This document shows positions 10,309 through 21,193 of a stretch of DNA of 64,000 bases, piece by piece (within the stretch, counting starts at the first letter, position 1; every line of letters starts with the position of its first letter). Origin of the DNA: Acidobacteriota bacterium (lineage in GTDB: Bacteria > Acidobacteriota > UBA6911 > RPQK01 > JAJDTT01); the NCBI GenBank assembly GCA_965263035.1, contig OZ253580.1, positions 2,080,001 to 2,144,000 on the forward strand. The letters run 5' to 3'. Position numbers and translations under genes: made by a program. Under the pieces are notes generated by a model, which was not told where the DNA came from, did no database searches, and saw only the letters and a list, made by a program, of their open reading frames with translations.

Positions 10309-10889
10309 GGTAGGCGGCCAGAGTATCGACGGACCGCCTGCTTGAACTGGAACACCGTTACGGCAGCCGGTGACCTTCCAGCTTTGTCTAGAGATAGCCC
10401 GCGCGCGATTCCATCACTCAATCTTTCGGCTGGCAGCTGATCGTCGGAGCTCAGTCCAGTCACAATGCGTCTATTCCGAGTGGCCATGATTCGTTGACCA
10501 TTTGATTCAAGGATCAAGAAGTGGCCCTGGTCCATGCCGTAGAGTGGATTGACCTGAAAACGTTCCAGCGATTCTACAAAGTAGATGCCCATCTCTCCTG
10601 GTTTTGGCATCGTTGAATCCGCAACATGCAGGCTGATCTCATCGACCGTGCCCCCTAGGAACCGCAGCGTGATTTTCGTTTGGCTGTAGGCGCCTTTGAT
10701 CACGTCAAACACGCGAAACGTGACGTAGGTGTGAATATTGGTTTGATTGGCATCGAAAGTCGAAGTCACGCCGATGACTTCACCTTCGAAAATAAGTTGG
10801 GAAGATGTGGAGAGTTGTTTCAGGCTGACCGCCAAGACGCTGGAAGAAGCTGCCGCGTCCGCACAGACACAGAGTGTCAGTGCAATCAT
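10305..10889 (-). CDS. Secreted hypothetical protein (possible protease propeptide-like partner)
   Basis: Signal peptide; IFEGEV..IHTYVTFRV..GGTV pattern; overlaps the matrixin start. Confidence 0.65.
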   Translation of the reverse strand: MIALTLCVCADAAASSSVLAVSLKQLSTSSQLIFEGEVIGVTSTFDANQTNIHTYVTFRVFDVIKGAYSQTKITLRFLGGTVDEISLHVADSTMPKPGEMGIYFVESLERFQVNPLYGMDQGHFLILESNGQRIMATRNRRIVTGLSSDDQLPAERLSDGIARGLSLDKAGRSPAAVTVFQFKQAVRRYSGRLP

Positions 10890-11027
10890 GACAATGAAGC
10901 GCTTTCTAATCGACTATGTCCCCCGCGCTGAACCGCCCCTGATTTTCTGAACAGAGTGAGGTCATAGTAAATCAATCTGCTGAATTATTCGCAATGCTCG
11001 GATGCGCCGCCAGGTAGGCTCCCCTAG

Positions 11028-12786
11028 CCCGGAAATCTCAACAGAAAGATAGATAAAGGCCGAGTATTCTGCTATAAGTGTTGTGATATCAATAACTTAC
11101 AAAGCAGAAGGAACGCGACCTTATGAACGCAGAGTGTACCAGAACAAAGCTCAGATTTCAGGGCCTGGACGGACGGGACGTCGTGGGCCGGTTCGACGGT
11201 GGCGAGATTACCTCTGACGCCGGTGGCGTGCTCTTGCGCGAAGTGGAGCAGCGGACCCGGATTCTGGGCCGGCTGAGCGAGTGCTTCACCGACTATCGAG
11301 ACCCGGATCGAGTCGAACACCCGGTGGAGGCGTTGATCAAACAGCGGGTGCTGGGGCTGTGCCTGGGCTACGAGGACCTCAACGACCACGACGAGTTGTG
11401 CCGGGACCGGCTCCTGGCGCTACTGTGCGACCGGGACGACCTGACGGGGGAGTTCCGGCGCGTGGAGTCGGATCGAGGCAAACCGCTGGCAGGCAAGAGC
11501 ACCCTGAACCGACTGGAGCGGACTCCGTTGGAGGGACCGGAGGGCGCGTACAAGAAGATCGTGGCCGACCCGGCGGGGATGGACGAGCTGCTGCTGGAGG
11601 TGTTTGTGGAAGCGCATCCGGAGCCCCCGGAGGAGGTGATCCTGGACGTGGACGCCACGGACGATCCGCTGCATGGGAAGCAGGAGGGACGGTTCTTCCA
11701 CGGCTATTACAAACGCTACTGCTACCTGCCGCTGTACGTCTTCTGTGGGGAACATCTGTTGTGTGCGCGGCTGCGCACGGCGGATCGAGGCGCGGCCCAC
11801 GGGGTGGTGGCGGAGTTGGAACCGATCGTGAGGCGGCTGCGTGAAGCGTGGCCCCAGGTGCGGATCACGGTTCGAGGGGACAGTGCCTTCTCCAACGACG
11901 AGTTGATGGTCTGGTGCGAGAAGGAAGGGATCGATTACGTCCTGGGGTTGGCGCAGAACGATCGGCTGAAGCGGAGGATCGCGACCCGGATGGAGACCGT
12001 CCGGCAGTTGCAGCGGGTGATCGGGAAGGCGGTGAGGCAGTTTCAGGAACTACGCTACCAGACGCGGGACACGTGGTCGTGCGAGCGTCGGGTGGTGGCG
12101 AAGGTGGAGCACCTGCCCCGGGGAAAGAACCCGCGATTCATCGTGACTTCGGTCCCGGTCCAGGAATGCGATGGGCGCAGATTGTACGAGGAGGTCTACT
12201 GCGCGCGGGCAGACATGGAGAATCGGATAAAGGAACAGCAGCTGGGTCTGTTTGCGGACCGCACGTCGACCCGGAAGCTGGCGGGGAATCAACTGCGGTT
12301 GTATTTCTCGGCGTTCGCCTACGTGATGATGGAGACGTTGCGACGGGTGGGACTGGCAGGGACGAAGCTGGCGCGGGCGCAGAGCTGGACGCTACGGGTG
12401 AGATTGCTGAAGATCGGGGCACAGGTCCGGATCACGACGCGCAAGGTCTGGCTGTCGTTTTCCGAGAGCTACCCCCATGCGGGGTTGTTGCAGACGGTTC
12501 TGGCGCAAGTGCAAGCCCTCCCGCTTCGCTGTTAGCGAGAACAAGCCCTATGGAAGACGCCCGGTTGGGAGTCCGCGGGACGGACTCTGCCCTGGAATCG
12601 GCTCTTGGGGGAGAAACGTCGCTCATGAGTGCCGGTGGGAGGTCAAATGCCCCTGCGCATCGCCGGATTTCGGCTTTCGTCACCGCATTCGGGTCGGCCA
12701 GACGGCTCTCGAATTCATGTAGATAAGAAAACCACTGAAATGCTGTTAAACCAACTGATTATCGTGTCGGTGTTGAGAAATGGGGG
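11028..12786 (+). mobile_element. IS1380-family insertion sequence, complete
   Basis: Imperfect TIRs CCCGGAAATCTCAACA / TGTTGAGAAATGGGGG; flanked by CTAG/CTAA. Confidence 0.85.
11123..12535 (+). CDS. IS1380-family DDE transposase
   Basis: FDGGEITSDAG, LDVDATDDPLHG, RGDS, MENRIKE motifs. Confidence 0.95.
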   Translation: MNAECTRTKLRFQGLDGRDVVGRFDGGEITSDAGGVLLREVEQRTRILGRLSECFTDYRDPDRVEHPVEALIKQRVLGLCLGYEDLNDHDELCRDRLLALLCDRDDLTGEFRRVESDRGKPLAGKSTLNRLERTPLEGPEGAYKKIVADPAGMDELLLEVFVEAHPEPPEEVILDVDATDDPLHGKQEGRFFHGYYKRYCYLPLYVFCGEHLLCARLRTADRGAAHGVVAELEPIVRRLREAWPQVRITVRGDSAFSNDELMVWCEKEGIDYVLGLAQNDRLKRRIATRMETVRQLQRVIGKAVRQFQELRYQTRDTWSCERRVVAKVEHLPRGKNPRFIVTSVPVQECDGRRLYEEVYCARADMENRIKEQQLGLFADRTSTRKLAGNQLRLYFSAFAYVMMETLRRVGLAGTKLARAQSWTLRVRLLKIGAQVRITTRKVWLSFSESYPHAGLLQTVLAQVQALPLRC

Positions 12787-12870
12787 CTAAGAAAAACCGG
12801 CGATGGCTTGTGAAGCCTAGATTCAATTTGAATTGCCCCCCCATGGTTCCCATCCCGTCGAGGAAAGGAG

Positions 12871-13821
12871 ATGATTAGGAAATCTGCTATGAATCATCCG
12901 AAGCGCGAAATTACTGAGCCGACTCGCCGCAACATCGCTGATGAGTTGGACCTGCATGGTGTAGCTCCCTACGGTCGGCTGGACGAAGTACAGTTCTTCT
13001 CGAGAATATTCAATCTGGAGGAGTTACCAACACGTGATTACCGCAGGCACCAATTCCCAGATATGGCGGCTGATCTTTGGCAGCACCGGGTTAACAACCT
13101 CGACTGGGACGACGGTTGGTGGTGGACGGATGACCGTCTGAATTTGCTACGCGGGTCCGATGAGACGTTCCTGCGCTTCCTTGCGGAGATGGTTCATCCT
13201 ATCGTCCGTCCTGATGAGGCAGAACGGGAACTCTGTCTTGAGGTCTTCAATAGGAACTTGTCGGCAGAAGGTTGGGAGATCGGCGCCGTGAGCCGAGTCG
13301 GTGCCCATCGAATCTACGGTGGACGACGCCTTGAGCAGATGCCCCACGCCGTTACTGCCGAGGCCAGAGAGCTGGCCCAAACCCTAGGTGACTATGTCAC
13401 CCGACAGGTTACGCGCATGGAATTCGCCATCCCCAATGATCCCCATCTTGCTATCGGCACGGCAAAAGAATTTGTCGAGACCATTTGTAAAACGATCCTT
13501 GAAGAGCGCGGAATCAACATCTCGGAGAACGAGGATTTTCCTGGTTTGGTGAGACGGGCGGTGAGGAGCCTGCCGATTGTTCCCGCCAGTATTGATGACC
13601 GGAACCGGTGGGAAGGGACCATTACTCGGCTAGTGAATAACCTTTCGTCTCTAGGCAGCAGCCTTGCGGAATTACGCAATGCGTTCGGCACGGGCCACGG
13701 TCGAACGGCCGCGCATATAGGCCTCGATGTCCACCATGCACGACTCGCGGTGCGGATGGCGACTACAGTTGGTGTGTTCATGTATGAGGTGCATGAGAGG
13801 AATCCCAGTTCCGCCCAGTGA
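12871..13821 (+). CDS. Abortive infection protein (AbiJ-NTD + Abi_C/HEPN)
   Basis: FLRFLAEMVHPIVR N-domain; AIGTAKEFVETICKTIL and ELRNAFGTGHGR C-domain. Confidence 0.85.
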   Translation: MIRKSAMNHPKREITEPTRRNIADELDLHGVAPYGRLDEVQFFSRIFNLEELPTRDYRRHQFPDMAADLWQHRVNNLDWDDGWWWTDDRLNLLRGSDETFLRFLAEMVHPIVRPDEAERELCLEVFNRNLSAEGWEIGAVSRVGAHRIYGGRRLEQMPHAVTAEARELAQTLGDYVTRQVTRMEFAIPNDPHLAIGTAKEFVETICKTILEERGINISENEDFPGLVRRAVRSLPIVPASIDDRNRWEGTITRLVNNLSSLGSSLAELRNAFGTGHGRTAAHIGLDVHHARLAVRMATTVGVFMYEVHERNPSSAQ

Positions 13822-14852
13822 GTTGCTATTCCGACACCCTTCTTAGGGGAACTATCAAGGGAAGTTGATAGGATCCAAAAGATAGTATGAAAACACCTTG
13901 TGAACATACTTAAGCCGGCTTCCTGCTATGCACGAATCTGGGGTCATCCAATTCATAGACGGACGGGCGACCCCTTCGGACGCACCAAAAACCTTGTGCC
14001 CATCACACCTCCAAACGACATGCACTACTTCAATTCCCCGGATTCGTGATGTTCTCCAACCTCCGAATCAGGACGTAATTCACCTCCCGAGCCGGCTGTC
14101 CCGGCCTGCGTTTTGCAATCTGCATTCATGGTCGCCAGCGGGTCGTCCTCTTGGCGCGGGTCCGAATCCTTCTGTTGCTTTGCTGTGGCAAGAATCCAGT
14201 AGGGATTGAATTCTCATTTGCTAGGAAACCCTCTAAGGCTCCGATCTGGTTCGCTGTCTAACGCTGTCCACGTCTTTTCCATGGCTTGACCGGATGGACG
14301 GTCCACTCGTCATGTCCCACTCCCCGGCTGGCGTTAGCATCTGGTGCCCGTGATCAACAGTGATCGGTAACAGGACTTCTCCGTTTCGGATAAATTCGCG
14401 CTCTAATGCACTCAGGGCAGATCGAGTCAGCACCCGCGCTGGCCTCTTGACCCGCTAGCTTTTTTCGCGAAGGCCCTGGTTCGCGGCGTGGGTCGCCGTG
14501 TTGGGCAAGCTGTGGAACCTAGTGTTGGCATCCGACACGGTGGCCTTTGTCTTCCGTCTCGCCGGCGCTGGGGGCCGGACGTCAGGTTGGACTCCGGACT
14601 CGCTTGGTGCTCTCACCGCCGGGGTCGAGTTCTATCGCATCGAGCCGCCTAGACTACGCGCCCGCAACCGCGTCCGCTAGTCCATGTTCGTAATGGTTGC
14701 CTGTAACACATCGATGTCAATAGGTCCCGACCCGGAGTCGTTGGCTGCCCCCCCCTGCGACCCGGTTTGGTCGCGCCCGGGTCCGAGCCTCAGGAAGCCA
14801 AGTGTGCCAGAGGCTGTGGCCCATCCTGCGCATTGAAATTAGCTCTTCCCGT

Positions 14853-17447
14853 CTATCTGCGGCGCCTCCGAATGGTGGTAAGCCAATCATCAAGCGCGGC
14901 GATATCCGCCTCGAGAGACGCAGGCTCCGGGATGTCCGCACGCGCACCTGCTGCCTGGTCGTGGCCCGGCAGCCATCTCGAGCACTTCGTCATCGCGGTC
15001 TCAACTGCCCTGCAGTCCTGTACTGCAATGTCCGCGATCACAGTGACATGCTGCGTTTGCACGCCGGGCCTGTAGCGTTCCACGACGCCGCCGAGAAGCA
15101 CTTCTTCAAGGCCGCGCTCCCATGCCTCCCGTAGCAAACCATAAATAAAGCTGGCCTCCTTTTCGTAAGCAGCTTGATGACCGTCGCGGTGGAGCTTCTT
15201 GGCCTGCTGGAGCAATTTTCTCAGATGGCCGACGCGTTTCGAAACTTTGAGGGCTACCCACGGCAGTTCTTCGACGCAGACGCCCGCGCCTATTGGGAGA
15301 TTCCTTACATGCTGGTCGAGTTGTGCAACGCCCTTGTCCTCGGAAAATTGCTTGAGAAGGAGTAGGAACATCACATCGTGCGTGAAGACAATGACCTGCC
15401 TTGCCTTCGCCTCCTCCACCAATCGGCGTGCGACGCCCTCTCGCCACTTATAGTCAAGCGAGGACACAGGGTCATCGAACACAATCCCTGAAGGATCGTC
15501 GGCAGTGCTGAGTTCCGCGAAGAACGCGGCGATGGATAGGCAGCGCTGCTCTCCCTCGCTGACCACCTTCGGCAATTCGACGCCGGGGGCACGCGTGAGG
15601 ACAAGCTTGTGGTACAGAACACCCTCAGCTCCACCGGCTTCGTCTAGTTCGACTTCCACGTGCCGGAAACCAAGTCTTGAAAGCTCGTCCCGAAAACTCT
15701 GCTTGAGTTTCTGCGTGACCACCTCGCGCGTGACCGTGGTGCTCTTCCTCGTAATCGCCTGGGTCTTGGTATCGTCGATGCACAGGCCATAGGCGGCGTA
15801 CCTGCTCTTGCGCTCGATCTCATCGAGGACAAGCTGCATGTGCCGTGCGAGTAGCTTGCGGGCGCGCAGTTCTCGAGCTTCCACGCTTAGCCGTTTCCGT
15901 TTTTCGTCGACGGCGCTTGTACGCAGTGTCTCCGCTCGCTCCGTGATCTGGCGTGCAACCGTGTTGATGGCGCCCCCGACGGAGGCTAGGGCTGGGCAAT
16001 CCCCGGCAAGGTCTCGATCCTCGCTCAATGCCGAAACGATAACCCGACGGCGCTCTTCGGCAGCTGCAAGCGCCGTCACGAAGGTGTCCGCCACGGCCTC
16101 ATGTTCGATACGAATATCTTCAATTGTTTCGTTAATGGACTCCGTCGAGACCTTGAGGTCCATGAAGTTCCTCCGGAGTTGCGCGACGGTTTCTCGGACC
16201 CGCCGGAGTTCCCGCTCGGTGGTCGAGGCTACAAACGCCTCGAATTGCTGGAGTCTGTGGCGGGCATCGTCGTCGAGATCCTGCTGGCAGAGCACGCAGC
16301 GCGCGCCGTTCTCCACGACCGGAAAAGGCTGCTTGGAATAGGCGGACTCCTGCGAAAATCGGTGGGCGGACTCCCAAAGCGCAGCCCAGGTTTCCGAACC
16401 CGTGCCAGCCAACATCCCTGTCTGGAAGGCAGCCGCCCGAAGTCTCTTCGCCGCCTCTCTCTTGCGGCGACCTTCCGCTCGGGCATTGAATGCCGTATCA
16501 ACAGCTTCCGCTGCCAGTGCCGCTTCCACAGCTTTGAAATGCCGGGCCAACCCTTCGACACGCGAGCCGCGAAGGGTGAGCTGGCGGATCAGTTTATTGG
16601 GATCGCTTGCTTGCAGGTCCAGAAGTGACCTTTCCAGCAGTGTGAGACGGGATTCTTCCTCCGCCGAGAGATGTGCGAGCGCCTTCACTGTCTCTGGCTT
16701 GGTGAGCGAAGTGATGTTCGCCAGCAATCTTGCGACAGCGGTTCCTTCCGGTATTTGGGATTGCACGGTTGCAAGGGCGCTTAAGGCCAAGGACTGTTGC
16801 TCTCTCTCAAGCTGAACTCGGATGGCCTTGCAAGCTCTGACCAGGTGGTCGAAGAGGTCAAGTCCAAAGGGCCGGAAGGCGACATCGGTCTTTTCCGTGA
16901 GGTAAACGGCGGCGCACCGTGCGTCAAACACGCTCACACGGGAGATAAACCCGTCCCCACCCTGACCGGCCCATTCGAATGGGTCGTACTCCGTGCCGAC
17001 TCTATACCTGATTGCCACGTCGGGTGTTGGCGGCATGGTCCCCGACACGACATTGCCGAGGATTTTCTCCTGTCCGCGGGCACGGCACGCGCTCTTGAGG
17101 ATGCGGATGTAGCCGGTCTTTCCGGCAGCGTTGTCGCCATAGACTACAGTGAGGTTCGGGCCGAAACTGAGGGTCTGGCGTTCCGCAAGGGCGTTCACGC
17201 CCCGGTGATGAAATATGGATAGGAGGGAGACCGGTGGAGTGGTGCCGCACCTATCCGGCACGTGATCCTTTGTGAGCGGTTTAGCTTCTTGCTGTTCGGC
17301 GAGACCGTGCGCAGCTTTGCAGATTTCCGCGAGCGCGCGAACGTCATCTTCGAGAAGCTCGCCGTTCACAACTAGGCGTCGTAGCGTGTCAGACTGCCAA
17401 GCGGGGCGGCCATGAGACCATTCGAAGATTTCTTGCAGGACGTTCAC
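14853..17447 (-). CDS. RloC-like ABC ATPase with zinc hook and C-terminal HEPN-like nuclease
   Basis: Walker A GDNAAGKT, coiled coil with CVLC hook, signature SEGEQR, Walker B VFDDPVSSLD, FTHD, C-terminal RWLPGH (Rx4H). Confidence 0.75.
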   Translation of the reverse strand: MNVLQEIFEWSHGRPAWQSDTLRRLVVNGELLEDDVRALAEICKAAHGLAEQQEAKPLTKDHVPDRCGTTPPVSLLSIFHHRGVNALAERQTLSFGPNLTVVYGDNAAGKTGYIRILKSACRARGQEKILGNVVSGTMPPTPDVAIRYRVGTEYDPFEWAGQGGDGFISRVSVFDARCAAVYLTEKTDVAFRPFGLDLFDHLVRACKAIRVQLEREQQSLALSALATVQSQIPEGTAVARLLANITSLTKPETVKALAHLSAEEESRLTLLERSLLDLQASDPNKLIRQLTLRGSRVEGLARHFKAVEAALAAEAVDTAFNARAEGRRKREAAKRLRAAAFQTGMLAGTGSETWAALWESAHRFSQESAYSKQPFPVVENGARCVLCQQDLDDDARHRLQQFEAFVASTTERELRRVRETVAQLRRNFMDLKVSTESINETIEDIRIEHEAVADTFVTALAAAEERRRVIVSALSEDRDLAGDCPALASVGGAINTVARQITERAETLRTSAVDEKRKRLSVEARELRARKLLARHMQLVLDEIERKSRYAAYGLCIDDTKTQAITRKSTTVTREVVTQKLKQSFRDELSRLGFRHVEVELDEAGGAEGVLYHKLVLTRAPGVELPKVVSEGEQRCLSIAAFFAELSTADDPSGIVFDDPVSSLDYKWREGVARRLVEEAKARQVIVFTHDVMFLLLLKQFSEDKGVAQLDQHVRNLPIGAGVCVEELPWVALKVSKRVGHLRKLLQQAKKLHRDGHQAAYEKEASFIYGLLREAWERGLEEVLLGGVVERYRPGVQTQHVTVIADIAVQDCRAVETAMTKCSRWLPGHDQAAGARADIPEPASLEADIAALDDWLTTIRRRRR

Positions 17448-17509
17448 TGATCTGGACCGGTTTTCAAAATATCATCATTGCGTGATTCTGGCCTCTGTTG
17501 CTGGCTTCC

Positions 17510-17538
17510 CTGTTCCCCGCACACGCGGGGATGAACTG
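17510..17538 (+). CRISPR. Solitary type I-E CRISPR repeat
   Basis: CTGTTCCCCGCACACGCGGGGATGAACTG, canonical I-E hairpin and 3' handle; no further repeat at 61-bp spacing. Confidence 0.7.
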
Positions 17539-17844
17539 ACGATTGGTCGTTGGTGGGTCAAAGCGTTTCGACAAGCCTCGCTACCTACTGGAACTCGACA
17601 AGGCGCCCGAACAGGTTGCAGGATGCGGTTGTAACTGTTCACGTGGATACCCCGCATGTCGGGTTTCCTGCTGAATACAACAGCCATGAACTCGGCAAGG
17701 GGTAGCGCCCCTCGCTTGTGGCGAATAGGCAGGGCCTCTCCGCGTCTGCGTGAATGGTTGCAAGGCCCGACACCTTGGGCGGGTCTTGAGCGCGAGCCCA
17801 GATCTGGGAGGGAAGCATGAATTCATGGGGGATTATATACGAAA

Positions 17845-18421
17845 CTAGTGTGGTGTCCCGGAAATACGAATGGATAATCTTTCGAGCTTGTCGAGGATGG
17901 ATTGAGCCGTGGCGGCCCACACGAAGGGTTTCGCCTCTTCATTGTATCGGTGCGTGAACTCTTCAATGGTCTTCACCAAGTGCCTCACGTTGCGGAACGA
18001 GTTGCGCTTGATCGCCCGCTGGGTAATCAAGCCGAACCAACGCTCGACTTGGTTGAGCCAGGAGGCGTAGGTCGGCGTGAAGTGTAAATGGTAACGGGAC
18101 CGCTTCGCCAACCAGGCCTTGACGCGTGGATGCTTGTGGGTGGCGTAGTTGTCGACCACCAAGTGGAGGTCCAGCTCCGCCGGCACCTCCTTGTCGATCA
18201 GCCTGAGGAAGGCCAGGAAGTCCTGGTGACGGTGACGCTTCTTGCATTGGGCGATCACGCGACCGGTGGCAATATCCAGGGCGGCGAAAAGGGTGGTCGT
18301 CCCGTGGCGGATGTAGTCGTGCGTATACCCTTGGACGTAGCCGAGACCGAGCGGCAGCGTCGGCTGCGTCCGGTCCAGGGCCTGGATTTGGGATTTCTCG
18401 TCGACGCACAGCACCAGGGCA
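17845..18421 (-). mobile_element. IS630-family transposase, 5'-truncated
   Basis: [32 protein letters not shown]; N-terminal HTH missing. Confidence 0.9.
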
Positions 18422-19106
18422 TGTAGGAACTATGGATCGGGAAGGCGCTCAAGCTCCATAGGAACAGGCAGAAGGCAAAGCTAGTCCTATTTTTCGGCGA
18501 TCCGAACGCACATGCCGATGACTCTATCCTCGAATCGACCAGGTGAGGTCTGTCTTCCGTGGGATGGGGAGCTTCCTCCCGGACAGCCCGCTCCGTGTCG
18601 GTTTACGGACGGTTCGGGTACTACGCCTTGCCGGTACTCCATCCGCGCCAGTATCGGCTTTCCCAGCGCCCTGGTTTGGAGGGCCTTCGGCGGACGTCCG
18701 GGACGCCCGCCGCATAAGTGTCGCTGCTTGATCCCGGGTTCTTCACTGCGTGCCCGCGTGCCTCGTCCATAGCACGGCCCGTTAACCCTCGCGCCCGTGA
18801 TACGTGCCCCGATAGTATTGATCCGATCCTTAGGTCAAGTTTTGAACCCGTCTTTGGGTCACAGTCCTGTTCAAATCCTGCATCAATCCCTCTTTATCAA
18901 CGACTTGACCCAAAGACTCCGTAGAAGGCCGTAGCGCGTATCGAAGGTGCTCAGGTATGCCTCACGCCCTCTGTGTCGATCTGGGGCCGTCTGGGAGCCG
19001 GGAATCCGCACCCCAGACTCCCGTCAAACCCCCATTCCGGCTCTCCGGGTTCGGGGGGGGGCGTCCATGGTCGTCACACGGGGACGATAAATTTTGGATA
19101 GCTTAG

Positions 19107-19860
19107 CAGCCCGTGGCAAAAGTCCGGGAAGAGCCAGATCTCTGAAATAAAATGACACTATGGCCATGGGAAAGAAACCGTCTGCGGGACGGCAACGGAA
19201 GATGTGGGTGGCGGCGGAGAAACTGCCTCGGAGTCCGGGGCATCCCTTCTACGAGCGGCTGAATCGGGTGCTGGAGAAAGCGGGGTTCGACGCTTTCGTG
19301 GAGGGACTGTGCGCGCGGTTTTATGCCGACGGGACCGGGCGCCCGAGTCTGCGCCCCGGACGGTACTTCCGGATGCTGTTGTTGGGGTACTTCGAAGGGC
19401 TGAACTCGGAACGGGCCATCGCATGGCGAGTGGCGGATTCGATGAGTGTGCGGGCTTTTCTGGACTTGGATCCGGAGGAGACGCCCCCGAATCACTCCAC
19501 CTTGTCGCGCACCAGTTCGGCACGGGAGGGTTGCGTCGGATCTTCGTCCGGGGCCACGCCAACGTGCGCAAGCGACTGCTGATCCATGTCTGCGGATTCA
19601 ATCTGGGATTGCTGCTGCGCCATCTGACGGGGGTGGGTACGCCCCGCAGTCTCCCGGGCCGCGGTCAGGCACGTCTTTTTACGCTTTTGGGGGCGCGAAC
19701 CGGTCGCTGGATCGGCTGGGATCGGCTCTGGGAGCGTTTCTGGGCGTCGATCCGGCCCGATTCACTGTTTTGGGCTCCTCGGATTCATCAATAAACCATC
19801 TCAACATCAACTCACAGAAAGAACATTAGTCGGAGAAATTGGGGTTTTTGCCACGGGCTG
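19107..19860 (+). mobile_element. IS1182-like element with internal deletion
   Basis: TIR CAGCCCGTGGCAAAA at both ends, TTAG duplication; DUF772-like N-terminus joined out of frame to transposase C-terminus (GLRRIFVRG..FNLGLLLR). Confidence 0.85.
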
Positions 19861-21193
19861 TTAGTCGACCTCTCCCTGCGAACAAACCAGGTCCAAAACA
19901 CCGTGTTGAATACGAAGAGCCTGCTAACTGCTTCGCAGTTAGCCCGGGTTATAGGCGACAACCCGATCCCACCATTTCCATCGAAAGTGAGCTTCCAGAG
20001 CGGGCCCAGAAGCCCCAGTTCGGAGCCTTATGCGTAGGCCACCAGACCGTGCGAACCGACAGACACATGGCCAAACGGGAGGCCAGTACAGGGGAGAAAA
20101 GTCCCACGGGAAAAAGAGAATTGGACCCGGGAGGGGTTGGAGGTGGAAACGGGTGCTGCAAAGTTGGGACGGGTAGGGGCATCCGAACGGGCCGTTCAGG
20201 TCTTGTCCGTGCTGGCTCAGGCCGCCAGTCCGTTGCCTGATTCGCTTCGACTGCCATGCTGTGTTTCAGCGGATGCCCCCCTCTACTTATAACTTTCTCA
20301 AACTCCAGGATGATTGATAGAAGAAAATGAACGGGGAGCCATACCCCCCTGAACCCCCTTACTCCAACTTTCCTGTTTTTCCCTTTCCCAACTGGAACAG
20401 GAACCGGGGCCGGGGCCGGGGAAAGAGGGGTAGGGGTACGAAAGACCCCGTCTGCCTCTCCTCCCTTCGGTCGGAAAGCCAGAGGGGAGTCAAGATCCTC
20501 GCGCGCACGCGAGAACCGGCTCCATCTGACTTCCCTTGGTCTTTGTCCCGCTAGATCAGGAATTGCCCGCTAGCGGCAGTCCAGCACGTTTCCGTGGCGG
20601 CGATTGTACCCGCGCACCCCTCCGGCCCTGGACCCAGCTTCGGGGCAGGACGACCTGTTTACCCGTTGCCTTGGGGCTGCCGTGCGCACCGTGAGGGTCC
20701 CGTAGTGCGCCGTCGATCCCGCTGTTGGAGATCGCCTTGATCGCGCCTGGCCCGCGCATAACCCACAACGACAGGCGCAAGACGAAACTGCACCCGGAAT
20801 TGAAGTGTTCCGTGAGTTGAGTCTCATCCTGCCTGGGATTCTAAATCCCTGGGGTGACAAAGGCAGGGCACGTAGAGTTTGGATGAGACTCCGTGGTGAT
20901 GGTCGTCGCGCCCTGCCCGACTCTCTGCCAACTGTAGCAGAATCCGGTGACGCGGTTTGCAAGGGAGACACCCCCGGCTCTGAGCCTTGGCCGGGGGGTC
21001 TTCGAGACCTGGTGAGCCTGACGACTCCCGCCCAAACTCCCAGACAGACCAAGCGGAAGAACGCCTCCAGGCCCCGCCAGAGTACCACGCCGAGGTTGAC
21101 ATACTGGATCGATAAGATGGTCGCCTTGCTGCTGATCGAAGTGTTTGAAATGGCTGATCCGGGACAAACGCCAAGCGCCTGTAAGGACTTTCA

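Noticed and set aside
14233-14433. Short ORF possibly of phage origin
   Set aside because: No recognisable motif or RBS.
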